This document shows, in pieces, positions 44,029 to 53,962 of a stretch of 64,000 bases of DNA. The number at the start of each line of letters is the position of its first letter. Position 1 is the stretch's first letter. The notes under the pieces are model-generated. The model was not told where the DNA came from. It saw only the letters and a list, made by a program, of their open reading frames with translations, and ran no database searches. Origin of the DNA: an uncultured Thermoleophilia bacterium. GTDB taxonomy: Bacteria > Actinomycetota > Thermoleophilia > UBA2241. Location: contig CAVQSP010000004.1 of assembly GCA_963715985.1 (NCBI GenBank), forward strand, positions 1 to 64,000, written 5' to 3'. The position numbers were made by a program, and so were the translations under genes.

Positions 44029-44057
44029 TTGCCAGGGCCGAAGTGGGGTGCTACCGT
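44029..44057 (+). promoter_or_regulatory. Putative promoter for the sulfotransferase-like gene
   Basis: TTGCCA-N17-TACCGT, next to an AT-rich divergent region. Confidence 0.4.
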
Positions 44058-44208
44058 CACGTCAGCGCGCTGCGGGACGGCGCCGCCGCCACCGCGGTCC
44101 ATCGGTCCGGTCCACCAGTGGGTCGACGATCCCGGCGGCGCCGTGCATCCCGGCGGCGACCGATCGAGGCAGCACCGCCGGGCACACACATCATCGAGGA
44201 GAAGCCAC

Positions 44209-44937
44209 ATGAACAAGATCGTCCCTCTCTGGTCCATCCCGCGCTCGATCTCCACAGGCTTCGAGCGCATGATGATGGAGCGTGGCGACTTCAAGGTCAT
44301 CCACGAGCCGTTCTCGTACTACTTCTACCAGAAGGCTCAGGGCGCGGCCGCGGTGGGCATGAACGTCGACCCGGACCACCCGCAGGAGTACGACGAGATC
44401 GTGGCGATGATCCTCCGCGAGGCCGAGAAGGCGCCGGTCTTCTTCAAGGACATGTCGTACCACGCCTTCGCCGGCGCGGACGAGGCGTTCATGAGCCAGT
44501 TCGTCAACACGTTCATCATCCGTCACCCCAAGTACACGCTCGTGTCGGGCCAGAAGATGAATCCGGGGTTCACGCTGGAGGAAGCCGGCTACGAGACGCA
44601 GTTCAAGATGTTCGAGATGGTCAAGAAGATCACCGGCGAGGTGCCGGCCATCGTCGACGGCGAGGACCTCGTCGAGGACGCGGCCGGCGTGGTCAAGCAG
44701 TACTGCGAGAAGGTCGGCATCCCCTTCCTGCCCGAGTCGCTCACCTGGGAGCCCGAGTTCAAGCCCGAGTGGAAGTCCTGGGAGTCGTGGCACCTCGACG
44801 CCGGCAAGAGCACCGGCTTCAACAGGGACATGGAGGAGTGGGAGTTCACGGTCGACGACGTGCCGCGCCTCAAGGAGATGTACGAGCAGTGCATGCCGTA
44901 CTACGAGAAGATGTACGAGGTCCGTCTCCGTCCGTAG
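44209..44937 (+). CDS. Sulfotransferase-like P-loop protein (Sulfotransfer_5 type)
   Basis: LWSIPRSISTGFERMM, HEPF, FFKDM, FIIRHP, GIPF, W; GAGGAG RBS. Confidence 0.8.
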   Translation: MNKIVPLWSIPRSISTGFERMMMERGDFKVIHEPFSYYFYQKAQGAAAVGMNVDPDHPQEYDEIVAMILREAEKAPVFFKDMSYHAFAGADEAFMSQFVNTFIIRHPKYTLVSGQKMNPGFTLEEAGYETQFKMFEMVKKITGEVPAIVDGEDLVEDAAGVVKQYCEKVGIPFLPESLTWEPEFKPEWKSWESWHLDAGKSTGFNRDMEEWEFTVDDVPRLKEMYEQCMPYYEKMYEVRLRP

Positions 44938-44945
44938 GCGCGACT

Positions 44946-44985
44946 GGTCCGGGGAGGACGTCGTCACGACGTCCGCCCCGGGACC
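44946..44985. terminator. GC-rich stem-loop after the sulfotransferase-like gene
   Basis: GGTCCGGGGAGGACGTCG...CGACGTCCGCCCCGGGACC imperfect inverted repeat, no U-tract. Confidence 0.4.
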
Positions 44986-45055
44986 GGCCGCCCTCGCGGC
45001 CGGTGGCACGTCCGCGTCGGCCGGGGGCGATCCGCGACCGCCGGGACGTACGCTG

Positions 45056-46345
45056 ATGCGCATGACCTCCACAGCACGATCTGATTCCCTCCCGGTGGCT
45101 TCGCGGCCGGACGGCGGCCGCATGACGCCCGCCCGTGAGCCCGCCGAGTTGATCACCCCGTTCGGAGGGCGCCTCGTGGACCTGGTCGTCCACGACGAGG
45201 CGGAGAGGCGCGCCCTCTTCGAGCGGGCGCGCCACCTGCCCAAGGTCACTCTGTCGCTGCGCGGCCAGTACGACCTGGAGATGCTGGCCGTCGGCGCCTT
45301 CTCGCCGGTCGACCGCTTCATGGCGAGAGACGACTACGAGTCGGTGCTCGCCGAGATGCGTTTGCGTGACGGCACGGTCTTCCCGATTCCGCTCGCGGTG
45401 CCCGTGTTCGGTGGCGCCCTCCACCACCCGGGCGAGGTCGCGCTCACCGACGAGGGGGCCAACGTGCTCGCCCTGCTCGAGATCGACGACGTGTACCGGC
45501 ACGACAGCATGCGCGAGATGCGGGCCGTGCTGGGGGCCACCGACACGGCCCATCCGCTCGTCGCCGAGTCCGTGCGCTGGCCGACGCACTACATCGCCGG
45601 TCGGCCGCGCGTGCTCGATCTGCCTCGGCACCGCCTGCACGGCCCGCTCTGCCTCACGCCTGCCCAGACACGGGAGCGCCTCGCGGCCATGGGCAACGTC
45701 AATGTGGTCGCCTTCCAGACGCGCAACCCCATGCACCGCATCCACGAGGAGCTCACGAAGCGCGCCGCGCAGGCCGTGGGCGGGTCGCTGCTCATCCACC
45801 CCGCCGTCGGCGTGACCAAGCCCGAGGACGTGCACCACGCGTTGCGCGTGGAGGCCTACGAAGTGCTGGTGCGCAACTACTACGATCCGGCGACGACACT
45901 GCTGTCGCTCATGCCCCTGGCCATGCGCATGGCCGGGCCGCGCGAGGCGGTGTGGCACTCCGTCATCCGCCGCAACTACGGCGCCTCGCACCTCATCATC
46001 GGGCGCGATCACGCGGGGCCCGGCAAGGACTCGCACGGCAACCCGTTCTACGGGCCATACGACGCGCAGGTGCTGGCGGAGAAGTACGCCGACGAGGTGG
46101 GCGTGCAGCCCATCGAGTTCGAGGAGCTCGTCTACCTGGCCGACGAAGACCGCTACGAGGAGATCGACAAGGTCCCGCCCGGCGCGCGCGTCTGCTCCAT
46201 CTCGGGGACACAGGTGCGCGAGGAGTATCTGGCCAAGGGCAAGAAGCTGCCCGAGTGGTTCTCGCGGCCGGAGGTCGCGGCGATCCTGCAGAGAGGCGAC
46301 TGGAGCAAGGCGCGCCGCCCTGCCGCCTACGCCATGTGGGCATAG
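45056..46345 (+). CDS. sat: Sulfate adenylyltransferase (no APS kinase domain)
   Basis: GAFSP, VVAFQTRNPMHRIH, MRMAGPREA, RRNYGASHLIIGRDHAG, FYGPYDAQ, ISGT. Confidence 0.93.
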   Translation: MRMTSTARSDSLPVASRPDGGRMTPAREPAELITPFGGRLVDLVVHDEAERRALFERARHLPKVTLSLRGQYDLEMLAVGAFSPVDRFMARDDYESVLAEMRLRDGTVFPIPLAVPVFGGALHHPGEVALTDEGANVLALLEIDDVYRHDSMREMRAVLGATDTAHPLVAESVRWPTHYIAGRPRVLDLPRHRLHGPLCLTPAQTRERLAAMGNVNVVAFQTRNPMHRIHEELTKRAAQAVGGSLLIHPAVGVTKPEDVHHALRVEAYEVLVRNYYDPATTLLSLMPLAMRMAGPREAVWHSVIRRNYGASHLIIGRDHAGPGKDSHGNPFYGPYDAQVLAEKYADEVGVQPIEFEELVYLADEDRYEEIDKVPPGARVCSISGTQVREEYLAKGKKLPEWFSRPEVAAILQRGDWSKARRPAAYAMWA

Positions 46346-46675
46346 CCCCCCGTTGCTGGACATCGCCGCACGACGCTCCGGCTGAGCGTTCCACGGTCCC
46401 CCGCGCCGGCCTCCGCCGCCTGAAGGCCGTCGGCCGACGGCCGAGCCCCTCCTTGCCGGCGTCCAGTCCGCCGCGTTCGCGCTGACGCACGCGCCGGAGC
46501 AGGCGCCCGATCGTTCCCCGGACCCGCTCGATCGCCGGAGAGTCTTTCGACGGCGATTCAAAGAGACGGCCGTTTCGTGTTCCAATCGGCCTTGTTCAGG
46601 AGCTTCGACGGCAATCACGTTGACGGACCGGAGATACTTCGTCTAGCATGTGACCTCAGCAGCCAAGGGGATGAC

Positions 46676-47179
46676 GTGGATGACCTCGACCGCCGCATCC
46701 TGGTCACGTTGCAGGAGGACGGCAGTCTCACAAACGCGCGCCTGGCGGAGGCCATCGGCCTCTCCCAGTCGGCGATGTCGGAGCGCGTACGCCGCCTGCA
46801 GCAGGAGGGGCACATCACGGGGTACCGGGCTCTGCTCGACCCCGCCAGCGTCGGTCTCCACCTGCAGGCCTTCATCGCCACCGGCCTGGTGCGCCACGGC
46901 ACGGACAGCATCGAGGCCTTCGAGACGAGCATCGTCGCCGTGCCCGGCGTGCGCGCCTGCTACCACGTGGCGGGGCGCTTCGACTATCTGGTCCATGTGG
47001 CCGTGCGCGACCTCGAGCACCTCGGCCAGCTGGTGAAGCACGACATCGCCGCCATCCCCGGTGTCGACAAGGCCGAGACCATGCTCGTCTACTCTGAAGT
47101 CAAGCCCGACAGCGGCTGGCCGGTACCTGCGGAGCTCACCGAGACGAGCTCCAGCACGCACCCGGCCGCCCGGCTCTAG
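46676..47179 (+). CDS. Lrp/AsnC-family regulator
   Basis: [44 protein letters not shown]. Confidence 0.9.
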   Translation: MDDLDRRILVTLQEDGSLTNARLAEAIGLSQSAMSERVRRLQQEGHITGYRALLDPASVGLHLQAFIATGLVRHGTDSIEAFETSIVAVPGVRACYHVAGRFDYLVHVAVRDLEHLGQLVKHDIAAIPGVDKAETMLVYSEVKPDSGWPVPAELTETSSSTHPAARL

Positions 47180-47199
47180 CCCACAGGAGGTCCACCCCC

Positions 47200-48077
47200 A
47201 TGCCCGCGAAGAAAGGTCTCTTCGACCTGCACGAGATGAAGCGCGCCGGCGAGCAGATCGCCTGGCTCACCGCCTACGACTACCCGACGGCGCAGTTCGA
47301 GGAGGCGGCCGGCGTCGACATGATCCTCGTCGGCGACTCGCTGGGCATGTGCGTCTACGGCTACCCCGGCACCGTGCCCGGTGACGATGGAGCAGTGCCT
47401 CGTGCACTGTGAGGCGGTGCGCCGCGGCGCCCCCGACACCTTCGTCCTCGGCGACATGCCGCTGGGCAGCTACCAGGCCTGCGACGCAGACGCCGTGCGC
47501 AACGCCATCCGCTTCCTCAAAGAGGCCAACGTCGACGCCGTCAAGCTCGAGGGCGGCGTGCGCACGCTCTCCCGCGTGCACGGCGATCCTCGACGCCGGC
47601 GTCGCCGTCTGCGGCCACATCGGGCTCACGCCGCAGTCCTCGGGGCAGCTCGGCGGGCACAAGGCGCAGGGGCGCACCCTCGCCTCGGCCCAGCTCGTCG
47701 TCGAGGACGCCCGCGCCCTCTACGAGGCCGGCGTCCAGCTGCTCCTCGTCGAGGCCGTGCCCCCCGAGGTCGCCGCCTTCATCGCCCGCGAGCTGCCCAT
47801 CCCCGTGCTCGGCATCGGGGCGGGGGCGGACGTCGACGGGCAGCTGCTCATCGTCAGCGACGTGCTCGGCACCTTCGCCGCCTTCACGCCCAAGTTCGTG
47901 AAGCAGTACGCCGACCTCGCCGCCCTCTCCACGGCGGCCCTTGCCGAGTACGTCGCCGACGTGCGCGGCAACGCCTTCCCCGAGGAGCAGCACTGCTACC
48001 GCATGCTCGAGGGCGAGGCGGCGAAGTTCGGGGAGTGGGCACGACAGACAACGACCGACCAGGAGGGACTTCGATGA
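47200..48077 (+). CDS. panB: 3-methyl-2-oxobutanoate hydroxymethyltransferase (two frameshifts)
   Basis: [48 protein letters not shown]. Confidence 0.92.
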
Positions 48078-49372
48078 GCGCCCGTGACGAACTGCGGCAG
48101 AGTCTGGGGGTGTCGCTCGACGACCTCCGCGTTGTGAACGACTTCCTCACCTCTCCAGACAATCCCCTCATCGACGGCCTGCTCGACGTCGTCGACCGCT
48201 ACGGCGGGGTGGACGAGATCAACCGCAAGGCCGACGAGGCCGGCCTCCTCGAGAACCGGCTCGCACGCCTGCGCGACGAGGGCTCGCCCTTCGTGGACGG
48301 CCTCGACTGGCTCATGGAGCAGCGCGACACCGGCGCCTTCGTCACCCTGCCCGAGTACCGGCGCAGCATCCTCGGCGAGGCCGCGGACGGAATGACGTTC
48401 GACGAAGAGCACGCCGTCACCCTCGAGATCAGCGCTCTGCAGTACTTCCCCTGGCTGATCGCCGAGGCGGAGCGCGCCATCGCCAAGCGTGAGCTCATGC
48501 CCGGCCGCTACATCCGCGTGCGCAACATGGCCGAGCAGACGGCGCCCGGCGAAGACGTCCTCGCGATCGCCGCGGCCATGCAGGTCATCGGCGCCAGCCA
48601 CGTCGAGACGCTCGACACCAAGGGCATCGACGGCTCCAACGTGCACCTCGGCGGGCCGGACACCATCGCCGGCTACTTCGGCGGCATCGGCGAGCCCAAC
48701 GACTACCCGCTGCGCTGGGCCGACGAGTACCTGCGCTACCTCACCGAGTATGGCGTCCGCCAGGTGCTCAACATCAACAGCGGCACCATCATGGTCGCCC
48801 TCCTGCTCCGCAAGATGGGCATCCGCAACGAGTTCAAGGTGTCGGTGTTCATGGGCATCGACAACCCATGGTCAGTCCTGTGGCTGCTCATGGGTGCGCG
48901 GCTCCTGGCCGGCGAGGACGGCTCCGCCAGCATGGCCGGCCTCAACCTCTCCAACTCCGTGGACGCGGACTGCATCCGTGCCTCGTCCACCGTCCGCCAC
49001 GCTCTGGGCCTCGAGCACGAGGTGCGCTTCGAGCACCACATCACTGAGGCCTACAAGTCCATCGTCAGGCAGCCCTACGACCGCCGCGGCGAGCTGCTCG
49101 ACGTGGCCGCCGATGTGCCCAACATCTCGGCCAAGCACGAGGGCGCCGACCCGGAGACCGACGCCGCGCGCGAGCACCCGAGCGACATCTTCGACTACTT
49201 CGTCCCCAAGCAGCAGGTCATCGACGACGGCCTCATGCCGCTGCTCGAGCAGAACTACCTGGACAAGCACGAGGCCGTGTGCCACACGGCAGCCGCGCTC
49301 ACCAAGGCCGGCATCGGCGTGCACGCCGCCGCGCTCCTGCACACGCCGCAGGGGGTGGGCGTAGGGGCGTGA
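48074..49372 (+). CDS. Hypothetical protein (432 aa), coupled to panB
   Basis: AGGAGG RBS, ATGA overlap with the panB stop, typical codon bias; no family recognised. Confidence 0.8.
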   Translation: MSARDELRQSLGVSLDDLRVVNDFLTSPDNPLIDGLLDVVDRYGGVDEINRKADEAGLLENRLARLRDEGSPFVDGLDWLMEQRDTGAFVTLPEYRRSILGEAADGMTFDEEHAVTLEISALQYFPWLIAEAERAIAKRELMPGRYIRVRNMAEQTAPGEDVLAIAAAMQVIGASHVETLDTKGIDGSNVHLGGPDTIAGYFGGIGEPNDYPLRWADEYLRYLTEYGVRQVLNINSGTIMVALLLRKMGIRNEFKVSVFMGIDNPWSVLWLLMGARLLAGEDGSASMAGLNLSNSVDADCIRASSTVRHALGLEHEVRFEHHITEAYKSIVRQPYDRRGELLDVAADVPNISAKHEGADPETDAAREHPSDIFDYFVPKQQVIDDGLMPLLEQNYLDKHEAVCHTAAALTKAGIGVHAAALLHTPQGVGVGA

Positions 49373-49378
49373 GAGGCG

Positions 49379-49438
49379 TTGACGGCCGCGAGCGCCGCGT
49401 CTAGGCTTGCCATTGACTAACCGGTCGGTTAGTCAATG
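49379..49438 (+). promoter_or_regulatory. Promoter followed by a perfect 13-bp inverted-repeat operator
   Basis: TTGACG-N17-TAGGCT, then CATTGACTAACCG-gt-CGGTTAGTCAATG (49411-49438). Confidence 0.75.
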
Positions 49439-49471
49439 TGCGGACTGCAGACGGCAGAGCTGGGGGTCCAC

Positions 49472-51277
49472 ATGATCGTGCGCGAATCGCGTCGCCTGCG
49501 CGTCCGTGTGCTCGCCGTGACGGCCGCCTGCATCGCCGTGCTGGCGGCCGTCACGGCCACGACGGCGGCCGCCTCCTCGTCGTCTGCGTCACCGGCGGCC
49601 GGCCTCGCGGAGCCTGTCTTCAGAGTGGGCTTCAGCTACGACATCGACGGCATGAACCCCCTGGTGAACTACTCGGGACTCTCGTGGGAGATCTTCCGCC
49701 TCAACTACAACTTCCTCACCTGGTACGACGACAGGAACCAGCCTGTGCCGGAGCTCGCCACGGCGTGGAAGACGAGCCCCGACGGCAAGGTGTGGACCTA
49801 CACCATCCGCGCGGACGTCAGGTGGCACGACGGACAGCCGCTCACGGCGAAGGACATCGCCTTCACGTACAACCTCATCCGCGACAATCAGGTCTACGTC
49901 TACATGTCGTACATGAAGGACGTCACCAAGGTGGAGGCGACCGACGACACGACCCTGGTCATCACCTCGAGGAAGCCCAGCTCCCAGATGCTGGCCATGT
50001 ACGTCCCCATCCTGCCGGAGCATCTCTGGGGCAGGATCGACCCCAAGAAGCTGGAGACCCTCAAGGACCCACCCACGGTCGGGTCCGGTCCCTTCGAGAT
50101 CAAGGACGTGCAGAAGGGCCGCTACGTCAAGATGGCCGCGAATCCCGGCTACTTCGTCGGGCGCCCGCACGCCAACACGGTCCTCTTCCAGATCTACACG
50201 ACCGAGGACGCGCTGGTGCAGGACTACAAGACGGGCGCCCTCGACGTGGGCGTGTTCGCGGTCCCGACGTCGCTGCGCTCCGTGGCGGGCGTCCCGGGGT
50301 CCAGGGCCGTCGCCCAGCCGACCGTCGGTTTCGTGATGCTCGCGTTCAACTGCTGGGACTCGCCGAAGAGCAAGGGCAACCCGCTCCTGCAGGACGTGCG
50401 CATCCGTCAGGCGGTCGCCTGGGCGGTCGACAAGGCGAACATCGCCGAGACGAGCATGAGCGGCGCGGCCACCGTCGGTACATCCGTGCTTTCGCCGGCG
50501 ATGGGTGACTGGCACTGGCAGCCGACCGCCGACCAGCTCGTCACGTACGACCCGGCGAAGGCCAAGGCGCTCCTCGACGCGGCGGGCTACGTGGATCGCA
50601 ACGGAGACGGCGTGCGTGAAGACGCCAAGGGCAAACCCCTCGACTTCAAGCTGGTCGCGCTCGCGGACTACCCGGACGAAGTGAACGCCGCCAAGATGAT
50701 CGTCCCGTACCTCAAGGCCGTCGGCGTCAAGGCGCGTCTCGAGATCATGGACGAGGGCGCGTTCAACGACATCCTCTACAACAACCAGGGCGTGGACATG
50801 TACGTGTGGGCGTGGGGCGGCGACCTCGACCCCAGCTTTCAGCTCTCCGCGTTCACCACCGACCAGATCCTGAACAACAACGACAGCTGTTACTCGAATC
50901 CCGAGTACGACAAGCTCTTCGCCGAGCAGTCGGCGACCATCGACCGCGCCAGGCGAGTCGACATAGTCCACCAGATGGAGCAGATCCTCTACCGGGACGA
51001 CCCCTATGTCGTCCTGTACTACGCCATGAACCTGCAGGCGTATCGCGCGGATCGCTGGACGGGCTGGCAGCTGGCCCCTGTGGGTTCGCCCGCGGTCCTC
51101 ATGAACTACATGCGCGGCACGTACACGGGCGTGCAGCCCGTCGCCGCGGCCGGACCGACGGGCGGCGGCGGGCTCGGCGCTTGGGTGATCGCCGCCATCG
51201 TCGGCGCCGCGGTGGTCATCGTGGGCCTCGTGGTCTGGCTGGTGCGGCGCCGGCCCAGGAAGGTCGAGGACACGTGA
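49472..51277 (+). CDS. ABC transporter family-5 substrate-binding protein with C-terminal membrane anchor
   Basis: Signal peptide, PELAT.W..SPDGKVWTY, WHDGQPLTAKD, GSGPF, IRQAV; C-terminal TM helix followed by RRRPRK. Confidence 0.9.
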   Translation: MIVRESRRLRVRVLAVTAACIAVLAAVTATTAAASSSSASPAAGLAEPVFRVGFSYDIDGMNPLVNYSGLSWEIFRLNYNFLTWYDDRNQPVPELATAWKTSPDGKVWTYTIRADVRWHDGQPLTAKDIAFTYNLIRDNQVYVYMSYMKDVTKVEATDDTTLVITSRKPSSQMLAMYVPILPEHLWGRIDPKKLETLKDPPTVGSGPFEIKDVQKGRYVKMAANPGYFVGRPHANTVLFQIYTTEDALVQDYKTGALDVGVFAVPTSLRSVAGVPGSRAVAQPTVGFVMLAFNCWDSPKSKGNPLLQDVRIRQAVAWAVDKANIAETSMSGAATVGTSVLSPAMGDWHWQPTADQLVTYDPAKAKALLDAAGYVDRNGDGVREDAKGKPLDFKLVALADYPDEVNAAKMIVPYLKAVGVKARLEIMDEGAFNDILYNNQGVDMYVWAWGGDLDPSFQLSAFTTDQILNNNDSCYSNPEYDKLFAEQSATIDRARRVDIVHQMEQILYRDDPYVVLYYAMNLQAYRADRWTGWQLAPVGSPAVLMNYMRGTYTGVQPVAAAGPTGGGGLGAWVIAAIVGAAVVIVGLVVWLVRRRPRKVEDT

Positions 51278-52107
51278 CCGCCCTCACGGTCGGCGTCCAG
51301 GGAATCCCCATCGCCTGCGAGGTGCGCGGAGAGGGCAGGCCGATCCTGCTGATCCACGGCTGGTCCGCGGACCGCCGCTACATGCTCGCCGATCTCGAGC
51401 CGGTCTTCGACGAGCATCCCGGGTGGCGGCGGATCTACTTCGACCTCCCGGGCCACGGGGCCACCCCGGCGCCGGACTGGCTCTCCACGCAGGACCAGAT
51501 GCTCGCGATCGTGCGCGACTTCATCGGCGAGGTGCTGCCGGAGGGCCGGTTCGCGATCGTGGGCAGTTCCTACGGCGGGCACACCGCGCTGGGGCTCGTC
51601 CGCTCGATCCCGGACCGGCTCAACGGCGCCGGACTGCTCGTCCCCGACGTGCCCGCCCCCGACGGCACGCGAGACACCGCTGATGCCGTCGTGCTCGTGG
51701 AGAACGACTCCGTCTTCGAGGATCTTGCGCCCGACGAGGCCTGGATGCGCGAGACGCTGGTCGTGCACGAGCGCTGGATGGTCGACGAGATCCGTGCTCA
51801 CGACATGCCGGCGTACCGGCTTGCCGACTACGGGTTCCTCGCGCGACTGGAGGCGAACTACCTGCCCAGCGGAGCGGCCGCGCGCCCCGGGCCGCCGTTT
51901 GCCCACCCCAGTCTCATCCTCACGGGCCGCCAGGACTCGACGGTAGGCTACCGCGCGGCGTGGGCGTTGCTCGACGAGTTCCCTCGAGCCACCTATGCCG
52001 TGCTCGACATGGCGGGGCACCAGCTCGGGCGCATCGAACGCCCGGGGCCCTTCCGGGCGCTGCTCGGCGACTGGCTCGAGCGCTTGACCTTGCCCCTCGG
52101 CGCTTGA
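51274..52107 (+). CDS. Alpha/beta hydrolase
   Basis: LLIHG, FDLPGHG, GSSYGG, GRQD, AGH; GTGA overlap with the upstream gene. Confidence 0.85.
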   Translation: MTALTVGVQGIPIACEVRGEGRPILLIHGWSADRRYMLADLEPVFDEHPGWRRIYFDLPGHGATPAPDWLSTQDQMLAIVRDFIGEVLPEGRFAIVGSSYGGHTALGLVRSIPDRLNGAGLLVPDVPAPDGTRDTADAVVLVENDSVFEDLAPDEAWMRETLVVHERWMVDEIRAHDMPAYRLADYGFLARLEANYLPSGAAARPGPPFAHPSLILTGRQDSTVGYRAAWALLDEFPRATYAVLDMAGHQLGRIERPGPFRALLGDWLERLTLPLGA

Positions 52108-52132
52108 ACGTCATGGCTGCACAGGAGGTGCC

Positions 52133-53026
52133 GTGCTGAACGACGAGGTCATCATCAGCTGCGCCGTCACAGGCGCCGGCGACACGGCCGGGATACACCC
52201 CGAGCTGCCGGTCTCGCCGCGGCAAATCGCCGACGCGGCGCTCGATGCGGCCCGCGCCGGGGCGGCCGTCGCCCACATCCACGTGCGCGACCCGCAGACC
52301 GGCGCGGCGTCGCGCAAGCTGGAGTACTACCGCGAGGTCGTCGAGCGCATCCGCGCCAGCTCGGTGGACGTGATCATCAACCTCACGACCGGCATGGGCG
52401 GCGACCTCTTCGTGGACGACGCCCACCCCACCGTGGCCGCGGAGGGCAGCGACATGGTCCCGGCCCTGGAGCGCCTGGAACACGTGGAGGCGCTCCTCCC
52501 CGAGATGTGCACGCTGGACTGCGGCAGCATGAACTTCAACGACGGCGACTACGTGGCCGTGGTCACGCCCAACCAGCTGCGCACCATGGCGGCGCGCGTC
52601 AAGGAGCTGGGCGTCAAGCCCGAGCTCGAGGTCTTCGACACCGGCCAGGTGCGCCTGGCCAACAGGCTCATCGAGGAAGGCCTCATCGTGGGCACGCCGC
52701 TGTTCCAGCTCTGCCTCGGCATCCCGTACGGGGCGCCGGCCGACACGCGCTCGATGCTGGCGATGATCGACCTGCTCCCCGAGGGCGCGCAGTGGGCTGC
52801 GTTCGCGATCTCGCGGATGGAGATGCCGCTCGTCGCGCAAGCGGTGATCCTCGGCGGCAACGTGCGCGTGGGGCTGGAAGACAACCTCTACCTGCGGCGC
52901 GGGGTCTTCGCGAGCAACGCCGAGCTGGTGCAGCGCGCCGTCACCATCGTCGAGAGCCTCGGCGCGCGCCCGCTGGCGCCAGCCGAGGCGCGCCGCAAGC
53001 TAGGACTGGCGTCACCCGACGGGTGA
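52133..53026 (+). CDS. Beta-keto acid cleavage enzyme (DUF849), CdhC/3-dehydrocarnitine-cleavage type
   Basis: [69 protein letters not shown]. Confidence 0.88.
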   Translation: MLNDEVIISCAVTGAGDTAGIHPELPVSPRQIADAALDAARAGAAVAHIHVRDPQTGAASRKLEYYREVVERIRASSVDVIINLTTGMGGDLFVDDAHPTVAAEGSDMVPALERLEHVEALLPEMCTLDCGSMNFNDGDYVAVVTPNQLRTMAARVKELGVKPELEVFDTGQVRLANRLIEEGLIVGTPLFQLCLGIPYGAPADTRSMLAMIDLLPEGAQWAAFAISRMEMPLVAQAVILGGNVRVGLEDNLYLRRGVFASNAELVQRAVTIVESLGARPLAPAEARRKLGLASPDG

Positions 53027-53040
53027 CGCCCCCCTGTGCG

Positions 53041-53070
53041 GCGGACCCCTTTTCCCCCTTGGGGGTCCGC
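53041..53070. terminator. Stem-loop after the cleavage-enzyme gene
   Basis: GCGGACCCC...GGGGTCCGC 9-bp inverted repeat. Confidence 0.4.
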
Positions 53071-53141
53071 CGCGCTCCCCCCGGCGCCGGTACACTGTCG
53101 CCGGACGTGCCTACGACGAGTGAGAGCAAGGAAGGTGTGAG

Positions 53142-53916
53142 ATGCAGCTGGCAGGCCTCGAGGGCGCCCGGGTGATCGTGACGGCGGGCGGCAGCGGCAT
53201 CGGCAGCGTGATCGCCGGGAGCTTCGCGGACGCCGGCGCCAGGGTGTTCACGTGCGATGTCGACCCGGCGCTGGTCGAGCGTGTGCGCGCCGGCGGCAGT
53301 GATGGGCGCCACCGCCGCCGACGTGGCCCTGGCCGACGACGTGGACCGTCTCTTCGACGAGGCGCTCGCCTATCTCGGCGGCCTGGACGTGCTCGTCAAC
53401 AACGCGGGCGTCGGGGGGCCGGTCGCCTGTGTGGAGAACGTGTCGCCGGAGGAGTGGCGGCGCACCATCGACGTCAACCTCACCGGCGCCTTTCTGTGCA
53501 CGCGCCGCGCCGCGCCGGTGCTCAAGGAGCAGCGCTCAGGGTCCATCGTCACGATGTCGTCCCACTACGGCCTGCTCGGCGGGCCCACCCGCTCGCCCTA
53601 CGTGGCCAGCAAGTGGGCCCTCATCGGTTTCACCAAGACGATCGCCATGGAGCTCGGTCCCTTCGGCGTGCGCGCCAACGCCATCTGCCCCGGCGGCGTG
53701 GAGGGCGAGCGCCTCGAGCGGGTGATGCAGCTCGAGGCCGACGAGAAAGGCATCACGTGTGAGCAGCTCCGTGAGGAGTGGGTGCGCGGCTGCTCGCTGC
53801 GCACCTTCGTCAAGCCCGAGGACGTCGCCGCGATGATCCTCTTCCTCTGCTCCGAGCAAGGTTCGCGCATCTCGGGCCAGGCGATCGGTGTGGACGGTCA
53901 CACGGAGTTCATCTGA
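53142..53916 (+). CDS. Short-chain dehydrogenase/reductase (one frameshift near 53300)
   Basis: TAGGSGIG, LVNNAG, YVASK, NAICPG. Confidence 0.88.
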
Positions 53917-53962
53917 CCGGCCCGGTGTCGACGGGCCGGGCCCCGGGAGGAGGCCAGCACAC

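Noticed and set aside
47381-49372. PanB-hypothetical fusion (663-aa ORF)
   Set aside because: An artefact of the panB frameshifts; the downstream gene has its own RBS and ATG at 48074.
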